Origin: Balanoglossus misakiensis
Taxonomy: Eukaryota > Animalia > Hemichordata
Direction of reading: 5' to 3'
DNA length: 64,000 nt
Assembly: GCA_040954595.2 (NCBI GenBank)
Contig: CM082590.2
Location: forward strand, 7,564,001-7,628,000
The position numbers were made by a program, and so were the translations under genes. Positions 12,317 through 58,800 of this stretch are shown here, piece after piece. The stretch's first letter is position 1; each line of letters begins with the position of its first letter. Under the pieces are notes generated by a model. The model saw only the letters and a list, made by a program, of their open reading frames with translations. It had not been told where the DNA came from and made no database searches.

Positions 12317-13522
12317 ATGGACAGAGTGAATCACAAGAAGTCCGATGTAGCCCAATTTTTACCCAAGTTTCGTTTCTGCACGGCGTTGGAATTGTTTGTT
12401 ATCTTCACTTTTAGTTGTATGCTGACTTTGTTGTTCTGGAATTCACATTGGAATGGACCGTTTATCCCAGATGGCCGTCACGGTGGTAATGGCGACGATA
12501 TATCACCGTTATTAACGTTGGAGCTGGACGCGCTCTCGTATACTGTCGGGGGGCAGTTACAACGAGACGGCGATCGCGATGCTGGACTGCACGATGGGTC
12601 CGCGGCGGCGTTAGCGAGCGAACCACTCGCGGATGACACGTGTTACGCCAAAAGTCGATCGACCATCCACATGTACAGTAAGCGGGCATTGCCGAAGACT
12701 GAACTTCAGAAACGGGGATGCGAGAAGCGCCTACCGGGGGCGATCGTCGTCGGCGTCAAAAAGTGCGGAACAGGCGCGCTGAGAGCCTTCCTGAGAGATC
12801 ACCCCCAGATAGTATTCACGGAAAAAGCCGAAGTGACTTATTTCGACCGGTACTACGACAAGGGCATCGACTGGTATCGTCAACAGATGCCGTATACGAC
12901 AAAAAACCAGATCCCCATAGAAAAATCACCACACTACTTCGCGTGGGAACCAGTGCCCAAACGGATACACGCAGACATTCCATCGAGTGTTAAACTCATC
13001 GTGGTAATTTGCAATCCAGTTACCAGGGCGATATCGGAATTCGTTCAAGTTTCAGAAAACGCAGCAATGGACGGGAGAAGCCCGTTGCCATGGTACCACA
13101 TACGCGACACCTTTGAAAAAAGCGTTTTGAACTCGGAAAACGGTACTGTGTATACGAAGACGCCGCTTATAGACAATGGTATATACGTCAAACACATTCG
13201 CCGTTGGCTGCGATATTTCAACCGCGAGCAATTTCTGGTCGTCGACGGCGACGAATTCAAGAGGGACCCATACAGAATAACAACAAACGTGGAAAAATTC
13301 TTGAACATCTCAACGTATTTCACGGAAGATCATTTTTACTTCGACTCTGAAAAGGGCTTTTACTGTCTACGCTATCCCCAACCGCACTGCATGCCGGACA
13401 ATAAAGGGCGCCACCATCCGACGGTAGATGACACAGTGCTGTCCAAATTAAATGATTATTTTCGTCCGTATAACAAACAACTCCAATCTCTTTTGAACAG
13501 AACATTTCTTTGGGCAGACTAA
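12317..13522 (+). CDS. Heparan sulfate glucosamine 3-O-sulfotransferase-like (HS3ST1/5-like), intronless, type II membrane protein
   Basis: N-terminal TM (LFVIFTFSCMLTLLFW), 5'-PSB LPGAIVVGVKKCGTGAL, EVTYFD, WYRQQMP, EKSPHYF, 3'-PB NPVTRAISE, C-terminal KGFYC...C...KGRHHP...YFRPYN...FLW. Confidence 0.93.
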   Translation: MDRVNHKKSDVAQFLPKFRFCTALELFVIFTFSCMLTLLFWNSHWNGPFIPDGRHGGNGDDISPLLTLELDALSYTVGGQLQRDGDRDAGLHDGSAAALASEPLADDTCYAKSRSTIHMYSKRALPKTELQKRGCEKRLPGAIVVGVKKCGTGALRAFLRDHPQIVFTEKAEVTYFDRYYDKGIDWYRQQMPYTTKNQIPIEKSPHYFAWEPVPKRIHADIPSSVKLIVVICNPVTRAISEFVQVSENAAMDGRSPLPWYHIRDTFEKSVLNSENGTVYTKTPLIDNGIYVKHIRRWLRYFNREQFLVVDGDEFKRDPYRITTNVEKFLNISTYFTEDHFYFDSEKGFYCLRYPQPHCMPDNKGRHHPTVDDTVLSKLNDYFRPYNKQLQSLLNRTFLWAD

Positions 13523-15233
13523 CCGGCAAAATTGGACTATAGTATAACTTTTAGATCGACTAGTATAAAAAGAAAACCTATTGGCGTGAATAATACCATC
13601 GTCGTAAACCACAACCACTTTACGGCATTAGTTCCTGGTTTGAAATAAGAGATGACGGTAGACTTTTAATAATATTGAGACGCCAGTTGGACAATGGCGA
13701 TTTCCATGGTAACAGTTTAATGGTGATTTTAACTTTTTCAATCTTTATATCATATCACGTGAGATAATTTTCCATGAGAGTTTGCACATTTGGTCTGAGG
13801 CTGGAAGTATTGAAATAAAATGAAACAAGTCAAATTCATTTCACATAAGAAACTTGCGTGTGAGCTGATAATGTTTTATGTTAGTAGTCTATAGCTGTGA
13901 GTTATTTTGTCTTTTCATTAGTATTGGATTTGTAAGAGAGACAAATATGAGATTTGTAAAGTGTCGCGTTGAATGACTTGTACATCCAGAGATGGCGAGA
14001 AAAATGTTCACAGGTTTTTATCGGGGCGCGCGCGCTTTGACGCGTCCGCGTTCTGTAATAGCCGCGCCTTGTTTGGTGAAACTAGGCAACTTGACGCGTA
14101 TTTCAAATTCTCCAGTTTTTTAATATACATCATGAGACAATTTACTATTGCTTATCAAGAGAAAGACTGTTAACTGAATTATTTGATATTGTTCTCAAGT
14201 GGTAAATAGAAAATGTCTTTATCGATAGGTCCAGCGAACGGAGACAAATTTTCCGTTTTGAGCGCAGGACAAGTTCGTACTGACCTTATAGGTTGATAGG
14301 GAATACACAAAGGAAAGACTTACTTGAAATTTGCCTTCACTGCATTCCGTGAATTGGGGCGACAGCCAGTGACGGCAAACCCACGGCCGCATTCAAGATA
14401 TCTGCCTCCCTTGTTTGTTCGTCGCTCGGCCGGCTGCAGCCGACATTCATGGCGAACAGAACCGACCGTCCGTTTCCCCAGACACAGACGTTAATAACGA
14501 TTTCAGAAAAATACAGGGAATTGATTTTGCTGGAGGTTAAATCTTTTCCGATATGATGCTTCGTGCCCCGTGCTTTCAATCTTCTGCGTGACTGTTTTAA
14601 ACTGTTGACGGCGCCTGGCGTGCCACCTGCCGCCGTTTCCATGGCGACGGCCGCGCACTTACCTACAGACTTCCTGAGTAACCAATGAAATGTTTCCATT
14701 CGCTGTGACTGGATCACAATGGCGCCAAGTTCATCCGGCAGACGACAAAATGTGGTCGATTTAGTTCGCCGTAATAGCAATGTCAACTCATTTGACAATT
14801 TCCATCCTAAAATCCTTTCTCGCCTATTTGACTTTGTCGAATTTTCACAACCCTTCTCGCGGATATCTGGCTCGCTTACACCAAATTTGTGAACCGCTCT
14901 CACCAATAAGTTGACCCCGAAATGTTGCAATAATTCATGTTTTAAAATGGCGGAAGCTGTTTCGAATTCCAAGCATTACTAAAACGTTAACCTCCATAAT
15001 GATTTCCTATACCATTGACTATACAGGGACCGCACTGGTCATTACAAATTGAACAACCTTTTACCAACAGACATAATTTATTAGTCTGTCAGAATTCATT
15101 TCATCCGTTTGCTTGGTTGTTTTGCAGAGAAATTCAACTGACCATGACGATTAAAGCGCCATAAAGCTGTTTTTTCAGTACTTTTTGCTTTGTGTATGTA
15201 CTGCGGTTTTTTGTTCAAATTCCCGAAGTATGT

Positions 15234-15456
<223 letters not shown>

Positions 15457-16053
15457 TTGTTGATTGATGGATGGATCGACTGAAGTAGAGCATACACTTA
15501 ATCATGAACACATTTGTGGAAAAACGACCTACCTTTACCATCAAGGATTCTACAAATTAGGTCGTAGTCGCAATATGATATACATTAAGAACCTGTCCAA
15601 TTTTCCACCCAGGTGATATGGCCTGTACGCACACATTTAGTTTGCACGCCACACGAATAAGGTTGTCAGACAATCCAGTGAGCTCTCATTAATAACTTAC
15701 AAACAGAAACAAGCTTTTTCTCGTGAAGGAAATAACATTAAAAGGGGTCGCCATCTGTTAATCTTACATACATATACTAGTTGGTCACTAAGAGAGAGAG
15801 ATCAGTACACCATTGACGCATAGTACTTTGGGTGTGGCGGACATGTACCACTAGTTAACTTGAACTTGCAATTATAGGTGTGTTTATGGTGTACAAGCGC
15901 ATGTCACTGAAAACCGTTTCCCAGCAGAATATAAAGATTTACTGTTTGACTATCGATTTTCGTGTGAACCTATCTGCTGTGGGGTTTTAAAAACAAAATA
16001 CTGCATTAATTCTGACCGTAAGGGGCGCCCTGTAGCAAACCGGGAGATTCAAA

Positions 16054-27109
<11,056 letters not shown>

Positions 27110-27305
27110 GGGAAACCCATTGTTTCCTATGGTAAAATTGGACCAAATGATATGTTACTTTCTTCCAAGTTCTTTGAGAAAAGGAATGATTACATTGGTT
27201 TATCAGAGAGGTGTCTATAAAGATACGTTTCACTTGCTGTAGACTGTGTTTCAACTTTTCATATATTCTGTATACATGTATTACAAAGACATTGTTTTGT
27301 ATTTG

Positions 27306-27311
27306 AATAAA
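27306..27311 (+). terminator. Probable ZRANB3 poly(A) signal
   Basis: AATAAA ~200 nt after the stop codon. Confidence 0.5.
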
Positions 27312-28679
27312 TGCCCATTTTCTACCATTCAAGAATACTTATTATTGTTGCAGTATTTTTGTCTCCTACCTTTCAACATATCATAGTCTGTATAACAACT
27401 TATATCTGTTATCTTGAAATAAGTTCTGTTGTCGGACCACATGAAATTTTTTTATTGTTGACAAATGAATTGTAAGTTGCAATAATAAACTAAATATTTG
27501 CCATTTCATGAGTAAGGGATTCAAACTGCACCAGATATACAATACGAAAATCAGAAACCATGGCCAAAAATTACAGCTAATGGAGCTTTTGCAAATCACA
27601 CACATAAAACTAAAAATGCATAGCAACCGCAAGCTTTGGCCAGCTGGCGTGTAGGTTTCAGAATGCGCCCCCACCGGCCTAGATGGAATTTCCGCACTTT
27701 GCGAAAGTAAACTTAAAAAAATAAAGTGGTCTTGTGTATGAGGGCGCTTTATATATTGGCGTCAACCGAAAAAAAAGCCAATGAAAATATTTGATATCGT
27801 AAAAATACCAAACTTTATGCGCAGATGCACAATGTTATATCAATACATGTATTAACATTTAAAAAAATCACCAGTCTATATATTGAAAATACTTATATAT
27901 AATTTAGATATGCCTCCATAGTATAACACAAACTATCTCGAGTCACTACAACTTGCTTTCAAACTTTAATATGTTTATTGGAAATTTATAAGTCAACGGT
28001 GCTATTTCCGAAAGGCGCATTCCTATGCGTCTAATAAAATCTAAATAACTTCATCGGTAAGTTCCGAGACCCAGGCATGTACTTTGGAAACGTGGCTTAT
28101 ATTATTGGCTGTCGTGTGTCAAATGGGATATAAAAGTACAAAACGGCCGGGTAACGAGGTAGTCGCTCAACAATGGGCTTTTAAAAATGTTAATCGCGAC
28201 TCTAAAACCGCTTTTGGTCGAAGGATTTGTGGGACTGTTGGTGTGACCGCAAGCTTTGTGGTTTTTATGTTGCTTTTAATGGCTTTTTATTAGTTTTACG
28301 CTCGGTGTTTATGTTAAAGGCAACTGTTCTTTGAAGCAGGGAAGCTATAAACGTGGAATATATGATAGAAAAGTAGCTAGGCGCGGTGTGAAGTTGAGTT
28401 CAACAATTCCTATATATTAATCCCTCTTGCGCGCAATCCAGGCAACAGATATTGTTTATGGATTAGAGCGTTCGCGCGTTGTCAGCGCGCGTCTAGTCGA
28501 GCTGCTTTTTGCGCTGATTAAAGTACTCAAAACCGTTTCCAACTTATGCGGGACAAAAAATAAAAAGGGGTAATTTAGTCGCGAGCTTTTGTGATTTCAA
28601 CTTACGTACTCTTCTAGCTGTTTGCATTATTGATAGCGTCTGTTGCGTCGCAACGGACCGCTATGAAATTTAAATGATA

Positions 28680-28847
28680 AAGGATGACGTCACACGCCAG
28701 CATGCCTAATTAATCGCTCGATTCGATCACGGCCTCCATTGAAGTTTTACGCACCCTGTAAAAACTTCACCGAGTGAAAACGGTGTGGTTTCGGCATTTT
28801 TCTGAATTCCTGTGGAAATCAATGGATGGTATGGCGAACGTCGGAAG
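28680..28847 (+). promoter_or_regulatory. Probable DCLK3 promoter and non-coding first exon; palindromic CRE TGACGTCA at 28685-28692
   Basis: CpG-rich island ~28380-28920, perfect CRE, strong donor AAG|GTAAGG at 28847/8, and an acceptor TACAG|G at 30373/4 upstream of the DCLK ATG. Confidence 0.5.
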
Positions 28848-30542
28848 GTAAGGATTTTCTGGAAAGACCTGGGGCTTTGTGATCCGTGAGTTAATACTTT
28901 AATTCCGCGTGTCGAGTCCCAACGCTGTTGGCAAAATGGCTAACCAAAGTTTACATTGCAGTCACATACATACACACAAGGTCCCGCTGACATTGCAGTG
29001 CCCCGCGCGTGTATTGACAGTTTCCTGGTTAAAATCTACCACAAATCACCCGTTTTAGACCACATTTTGCAAATTTTAATGCGATCGCCCGACCATTCTT
29101 ATACGATCATCAAGTTAAAAGGTATCCTAAAGTTACTGCATATCTTAAAGTTTAATTATAGAACTATAAAATTCCCAGTCTTTGGTTATATACGTGTATA
29201 AAAAAATCGCTGCTGTGTTTGTTGTTTTTGACACAGTAATTTCTAAGCTGGTTAATGCCTATATCACGTTGTAATTTTGGAAGATTGTAAACGCACACGA
29301 TTTAACGAAATACCAAAGCACAAACCAGTAACTTAATATGGCAGTGAACGTATATTATATTACAATTACAGAACGCCTTGGTGGTTTTCTAAAGCTTGTG
29401 TATGCTGCTTGCTTATCGAACCCAAAACAATTACACTATCTCGTTTTTCACACCAACAATGCTTAATTTGATAGTCGAGACGACTTTGCTTTGCCAGCAA
29501 GCAACGTCAGTCTTGAAACTTGAAGAGGGAATCAAGATTGAGGTTTCTTTCTCAAGACACGGGTCAGTTGCATCTTAGGTAACAAATAATTCGGTCGATT
29601 TAGTCTGATAAATTATTGACGACCAGAGAAAAAAATATATATTTCCCACGACGATATTGAACGTTTAGAAGTGGCCACATTAAATTCATTGACACGATTA
29701 TCAACAAGTGACAGTTATAGTTTAATTGGTGTTTTTTATAATAATTCTCATCCTGGAGTACTTCAGATAAGAATTCTGGCTGCCTTATTGGTTTTCACTT
29801 TGTGTTAGGGGGTTAAATCACATAATAATTGCATTCTGGGTAAAATGTTGACAACTCACTGTAGTAAGAGATAGAAGAAATGGTATGTTTACTGTATTTT
29901 ACGACTTCCTTTGGCAAAAACTTCTGTCTTTGCAGTTAGGATGTTAGAGTCATTCTACTTTCGTCACATTTTGTTGTTTGTTCTGTTAGCAAAGTTTCAG
30001 AACGACCAAATATTACTTTAGCTTATGAACTCCTATTCCTTAAACATGGCAAAAATCGGCCATCTTGAAATTGTGTCGACCATGTGAGATTTTCATCGCT
30101 CACCTTTGTAGCAAATAACTATTTAAGGTAGCGAGAATTATGAGGTTTCTGTTAATTTATCTGTACAGTAAAACCTGTTTAAACCGAACACCAAAGAAAT
30201 GAATGCATTGAAAGGTGTCCGGTTAAAAGAGGTTCTATTAACATGTTCTATGTGAAATAGACTAGGAAATGTGTTTCGTGTAAACAATTTCCAGATTAGA
30301 CAGGGTTCAATTTAGACAGGGATTGCTCTATATTATTTTCAGTATCTGATTGTATTTTGTTTCTTATATACAGGTTTGGTAAAATCTTGCCAGTTTAATT
30401 TACAAAACCAGAAATGTGAGCTGGATGTTCATGGTGGTAGCAGAACTTGAAGAGGATTTGCAACTCAGTTTTCTGAAGGCGTGACGTTTTTCGTACATCT
30501 CGTAACTTTTCGGTGATTACTCGTTGGACGACTTTCGTACCC

Positions 30543-52139
<21,597 letters not shown>

Positions 52140-52158
52140 TGTGGCATCTGTGTGTTAA

Positions 52159-52380
52159 AGGGTGACGATCGTCTTATTGCACATGTGCCAAACAAATTGA
52201 GTGAAAAGGAGGGACAAAACTAAAGTCTACTTATACAGTGTGCATGAAAAATGGAAGGAAGCGAAGGCAGACCACTATTTGAATGCATTGAACGCAAAAT
52301 TTACAGAACATTTTGCTTGGAGCAATGTTTGTACTCAATGTTTGAAATTACGCACATGCGCATAAGACGATCGCCGGCCT
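52159..52380. mobile_element. TTAA-flanked MITE (family D) in DCLK3 3' UTR
   Basis: TTAA|AGGGTGACGATCGTCTTAT...ATAAGACGATCGCCGGCCT inverted ends; homologous to the reverse complement of 11687-11842. Confidence 0.7.
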
Positions 52381-52980
52381 TCAAAAAAAAATTTGCCACA
52401 CAGTGTCACAGAGTTGGGTCAGATATTCTGGAGAAATCTCTACCCATCAATAGTATAGGGGGATGAAACTCATAACACAAAACCTTGATTCTATTTTATA
52501 GCCATTTTCAGGCCACGGGGAGGTTGAAGTTGTTCTTGTGTAAGATTTTTGTACCAAGAAAAAATAGGACAAATCAAATTTTATCTTCCCTTACGCCAAA
52601 AGTCACCACTTTTGCCATCAGTGTAAGCGGTAGTATTTCCATACAGAGCTATAGAAAGAATATCATGTATTTTGTTTTCAACAATCATTGTAAATAATGA
52701 AAATATGCTGTTTTGTACTATAAACGATGAACAAACAATCGCAAATTCAGAATTTTTTTGTGAAACAATCATGACAGTATTGCTTTTCAAGTTTATTTAA
52801 CTCACCCAAAATAAGGGAAAGATTCTCTGTGACTTGATCATGAATAGAAAATTCCAGTTTTTGAAATGCAGGTGTAGTTAGTGTGTTGGCACTGGTTGAT
52901 GCCAATGACCACCAAATATTTTGTCAAGAGCTTTATTTTCCAAAAGTCTTCCCAATAATCAACTCTGTAAGACTCCTTAA

Positions 52981-53337
52981 AGGGACAAAGTCTCTCTTTC
53001 TCTTGCTGCCCTTTTCCCACTAATTAGGTTTGATACAAGACACCATTAATGTTAATGTATATGTGGATATATAGTGAATCATCATTCGATCACATGCAAC
53101 TTCCATCCTGCTTGTAGACACAAGAGTGAAAAACTTGCCAAAATGAATAATCGGTCTCTACCATTTATTCATTTTGGCGAGTCAGAGATTTTTACTCTCA
53201 TATCATACAAACGGGATGGAATGTGTGTGTGATCGAATGTTTACTCACTATATATCCACATGTAGAATAACATAAACAGTGTCTTGTATCAAACATAGTT
53301 AATGGAAAAAGGGCAACAAGAGAGAGATTTTGTCCCT
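52981..53337. mobile_element. Family A MITE downstream of the DCLK3 stop
   Basis: TTAA|AGGGACAAAGTCTC...GATTTTGTCCCT|TTAA. Confidence 0.88.
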
Positions 53338-55246
53338 TTAAAGAAACAATCAAGGGAAATGTGTTTCTTTTGTGATTTTATGTGTATGTGAATAAATTTC
53401 ATGTAAGCTCGCTCAGGGATAGGATCTTCAGTGCGTCTAGCCAATGTCAAGTCTTGTTAGCCCTGCTTATTCAAGCTTATGTTAATAAGTATAAATTAAA
53501 ATGCAAAATATATTACAGTTTAGCATGATGATTGGTTAAAAAAATTAAATATGCATACAGGCAATCATTTGAATTTATTCAAATTTCCCACATGTTAGTG
53601 TAACAGAATTATGTCATGAAAACTGAAGTCAGCAGTATTGTATACTTTGTTATTATTAAACAAATTTTTTGATGTACATATATTACTGTGATGTCAAGGG
53701 CAAAACTATTCTCACTTTAGGGGTGAGCAGCCTCTATATTTGATGAGCTTTGAAAACGCCTTCCAGGAATTTACATGTATTTTACAGGTATATTATTTGA
53801 AGATATTATTTGGAAATGATATGAAATTTATTTTGAAATTTCATTCTTTGTAATCATGGGCAACAGAAACAATTCGAAGTCAGTTAAAAATCAGTGATAT
53901 TTCTTATTTCTTTTAAATGTTTAAATCAGATACTATTGTTATGTTTTTATGTATGTATGTATGTCTTTTTTTCAAAGTGTAAATAGTAAAAAAGTGCAAA
54001 AATATCAGACCAGTGCAAATATCTATGATTTTGCCAGTATGTAGTTAGAACAGAGTACGTCAATCAAGAATTCTGGTGGAGCAAAGAATAAACTTTTTGA
54101 TAATTTGAGCTCGCGAACAAACAAACAATCATTGTATAAATTACTGTGAGTCTTCGAACCTACAGCTGGGGGGATATTTTTTATTTGCATCCACATTTAG
54201 ATATGGAAGATAAAAATTAACCTCATTTACTAACAAAATTTTCCTTCGGGTTTAGTTTGAATTATTTGTTCATTAATTGAACATGTGGCCAAACTGAAAG
54301 CCAGCGATAATGTACACAATTATACTAACTTGTACTATTCCGTACTATGCGCAAAGTTCTCGACTGTGACTAACAATGAAGTCAAAGATCATATGCTAAT
54401 TTGTACATTATGCAAATGAAACAATCAAGTAATACAAAATGTAATTATTATACATTTTCATTATTTTATATATTTCCACAAATTCTTACAGAAGAAATTT
54501 ACATTGTATAGTTAACAGATGTAGATTTACAGAATAAATATATAAACAATTATACAGAAACATGAATTTTGTGTTGATTTGTGTTTGACTCTTTCACCCC
54601 TCTTTCTCTGTATAGAGGTCCAACTTTTCCATAGAAAATAATGGATTTCGACTAAACCATGGTAGTGAAAGAGATCTTTCAATCTCAGACACACAAACAC
54701 ACTTGTTTATACAGCCACCCATACACAGCTATTGTTGTATGCACATAAGTGTACATGTATTAGAATCTCAAAATGGGGTGACTAACACCCTTACACAACC
54801 AGGGCAATGGGGTGACTAACACTAATCTCAAAATTTAAAAATCCATGTTGACTTAGACTTAGCATGAGAGAAGTGAAAGATCGGCCTAGAAAAGGCTGAG
54901 CAAGACTTCAACACGCACATGGCATTCTCCTCACTATGCCTCATTGGTCAATGCAACATTTGGCACTTGCCTATCCAATAAGAATACAGCAAAAACTTTG
55001 AGCATGCATTAAACACTGCTTGTGTACGTGACATCAAGACAATGATTTCGAGACTTTACTTTCGAAACGCACGAAATCATATATAATTAACCCTTTGCAT
55101 ATCATCAGCCTTGTAACCCTATATACCAAACAAACTACAGATCCTTACTAATTTAAATATGGTGCGGGAATTTTCTGGCACCTTAGGTAGTCAAGGGGTT
55201 AAAAATATGCGACAAATGGCAGTTTTGGGGTTTTAACCATTTCCTT

Positions 55247-55406
55247 ACTTTTTTAGCCAATCAGCATGCAGAACGAGTGACCCCTGTTGACCTCAGATGT
55301 TGAAATTATTCAAAATGGCGGCGCCCACTTTTTAGCCAATCAGCATGCAGAACGAGTGACCCCTGTTGACCTCAGGTGTTGAAATGATTCAAAATGGCGG
55401 CGCCCA
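55247..55406. repeat. ~80-bp tandem duplication with CCAAT and YY1-like CAAAATGGCGGC motifs
   Basis: ACTTTTTAGCCAATCAGCATGCAGAACGAGTGACCCCTGTTGACCTCAG...CAAAATGGCGGCGCCCA twice. Confidence 0.85.
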
Positions 55407-55839
55407 TAGACTCAAATGCATCGTGGTTGTTTCGGGTTGTGGTCTGGTGTTAACGGTCAGGTAATTGCGCGAAACTGCCTAACTCTAGCCCTAACGCTAA
55501 ACTAACACTAACCCTAACACTAACCGAACTCCTAGCCGTTAACATGAGACCATAACCGAGCCGTGTAACGATGTATAATGGTCGCTGGTTTGTATACATG
55601 TATCCAATATCCCACGTGTCTCGTGGGTTCTTGTAGTTGTTTCGCTGTGGAATCAAGAATCCTGGAAAACCCGTGGACCTTCAAATAAGGAAGAGTAAGT
55701 TGATGCATCGTAATTGTAACTGGCTTTTACACATCACCAGTATTTTACTGTCTTTATATACATGTACTGCCCTGATGAAAAAGAGGGGGGGGGGGGGGCG
55801 TTTTCAGCAACCCGGAAGTGCTGTAAGGGGGGGGGGGGG

Positions 55840-58800
55840 GTGATAAACAAAGATTAAATTATTCATTTTAAAGGAGGCAGAACACATAATTCCTGCATGA
55901 ATAGAAGAAAGGATATTTCTACTTGTGTTGTGTGAATTTAAACATTTTCTAACCTGACTTTTGCCATGTTTCTGTCTGCTTTGTTTCAGGAAGAACTCAA
56001 TAGTCACTCCATTTTTTTATAAATATATATCGAGATAATATTATATTGTGTTTGGTTTGAAATCACAGCCTGTGTGTTGTTTGTTTGTGTGTCTGTATAT
56101 GATAAGTTTGTAGAAAATGTTAGTGTACTGTGGAGGTAGTTTGGCTCCTACAAAATACTCTTAAAATTAAAACAACACACAGGCTGTAATAACTATTTGT
56201 GATTCTCACAATTATGTGTATTTTTGTTTGCAGGATGTAAATGATAAAACTTTTTAAACCTAGGTATCCATGGTTAGGATTAACATGCTTGGCAGTTCTG
56301 TAAGTCAGAAACCATGGATATGGACCATGAATGGAAAAGGTGAGAACAGTTGACCTTATTGACTCCTTAATTTCTCAGTACTTGTTTGCATAACTCAAAG
56401 AAGAGATATTTCTGCAGTGTTTTGTGAATTCAAACATTGAGACATTGTTTTTCTAACCTGGCTTTTTGCCTTTATTTGGTTCTGTCTGCTTTGTTTCAGG
56501 ATGAACACACTAGTCACTTCTATTCTTTACTCTATTTTATGAATATACATAGATATTTGTCTATTTTGTGTTTGGCTTGAATGAACATTTTGTGTGTGTC
56601 TGTATAGGATTGTGAGCTTTCTAGAAAGTGAGTGTAGTTCGACTTTAAAGCCAAACACAGGCTGTAATAACTTATGATTCACTCAGTTTTGTTTATTTTT
56701 ATTAACAGGATGAAAATGATATCACTTTGGTAACCTAAGTTTGGATTAACATGCTCCAAACACTTAGTCAGAAACCATGGATACACCGACTTTGAATGGA
56801 AAAGGTGAGAACAGTTGACCTCATTGACTTCTCAATCTCCTCACTCTGAGAAGACTGATAATGACATTGATAAACAAAGATGAGAATATTGATTTTAGTG
56901 AAAGCAGATCAAACAATTCTTGCATAACTCAAAGAAGAGATATTTCTGATAGTGTTTTGTGAATTCAAACATTGAGACATTGTGTTTCTAACCTGGCTTT
57001 TTGCCTTTATTTGGTTCTGTCTGCTTTCTTTCAGGATGAATGCCATAGTCACTTCTATTCTTTATACTATTTTGAAAATATTGTCTATTTTGTGTTTGGC
57101 TTGAATTAACAGAGTGTGTGATGTCTGTTTGTGTCTGTATGGGATTGTGAGCTTTTTAGAAAATGAGAGTGAACTGTGGATTTAGTTCGACTTTAAAGTA
57201 AAGCCAAACACAAGCTGTAATAACTTATGATTCTCACAGTTTTGTTTATTTTTATTAACAGGATGAGAATGATATCACCTTGGTAACCTAGGTTTGGATT
57301 GACATGCTCCAAACACTTGTCAGAAACCATGGATACACAGACTATGAATGGAAAAGGTGAGAACAGTTGACTTCATTGACTCCTCAATCTCCTTATTCTC
57401 ATGCGACTGATAATGGCATTGATAATAAAATGAGATTTCTGATTTCTGAAACATGTCCAAGAGAATTTACAATAGTGCATTAGTTTTCATTGAGACTGGT
57501 TTCTAACCTGGCTTTTGCCTTTATTTGATTCTGCTTTGTTTCAGGATGAACACAATAGTCACTTCTATTTTATGTACTTTTTACAAAATATATGGATAGT
57601 TTATAATGTGTTTGGCTTGCATGAACAGTCTGTGTGTTGTTTGTTTGTGTCTGTATGGGATTGTGAGCTTTCTAGAAAATGGGAGTGTACTGTGGATGTA
57701 GTTCGAAGCCAAACACAGGCTGTAATAACTTATGATTCTCACAGTTTTGTTTGTTTTTATTAACAGGATGAGAATGATATCACCTTGGTAACCTAGGTTT
57801 GGATTAACATGCTTGAAACAGCAGTCAGAAACCATGGATACGGACCATGAATGGAAAAGGTGAGAACAGTTGACCTCATTGACTCCTCAATTTCCTTTAT
57901 TTCATGCGACTGATAACAGCATTCATGACAAAGATGAGATTTCTGATTTCTGAAACATGTCCAAGGGAATTTACCATAGTGCATTACTTTTCATTAAGAC
58001 TCGTTTCTAACCTGGCTTTTGCCTTTATTTGATTCTGCTTTGTTTCAGGATAAACACAATAGTCACTTCTATTCTTTATACTATTTTGAAAATATTTGTC
58101 TATTTTGTGTTTGGCTTGAATTAACAGAGTGTGTGTTGTTTGTTTGTGTCTATATGGGATTTGTGAGCTTTCTAGAAAATGGGAGTGTACTGTGGATGTA
58201 GTTCGACTTCAAAGTAAAGCCAAACACAGGCTGTAATAACTTATGATTCTCACAGTTTTTGTTTATTTTTATTAACAGGATGAGAATGATATCACCTTCC
58301 TTGGTAACCGAGGTTTGGATTGATATGCTCCAAACGTTAGAAACCGTGGATACACAGACCATGAATGGAAAAGGTGAGAACAGTTGACCTCATTGACTCC
58401 TCAATCCCCACAATCTGAGACGACTGATAATGACATTGATAAACAAAGATGAGAATATTAATTTTAGTGAAAGCAGATCAAACAATTCTTGGATGACTCA
58501 AAGAAGAGATATTTCTGATAGTGTTTTGTGAATTCAAACATTGAGACATCGTGTTTCTAACCTGGCTTTTTGCCTTTATTTGGTTCTGTCTGCTTTGTTT
58601 CAGGATGAACCCAATAGTCACTTCTATTCTTTATACTATTTTGAAAATATTTGTCTATTTTGTGTTTGGCTTGAATTAACAGAGTGTGTGTTGTTTGTTT
58701 ATGTCTGTATGGGATTGTGAGCTTTCTAGAAAATGGGAGTGTACCGTGGATGTAGTTCGAAGCCAAACACAGGCTGTAATAACTTATGATTCTCACTGTT

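Noticed and set aside
14337-14972. 211-aa minus-strand ORF
   Set aside because: Non-ATG start, no recognisable domain, lies in a CpG-rich promoter-like island; treated as possible 5' UTR/uORF rather than a gene.
55478-55526. Telomere-like CCCTAA repeats as a true or interstitial telomere
   Set aside because: Only ~8 highly degenerate units; more typical of repeat-internal simple sequence.
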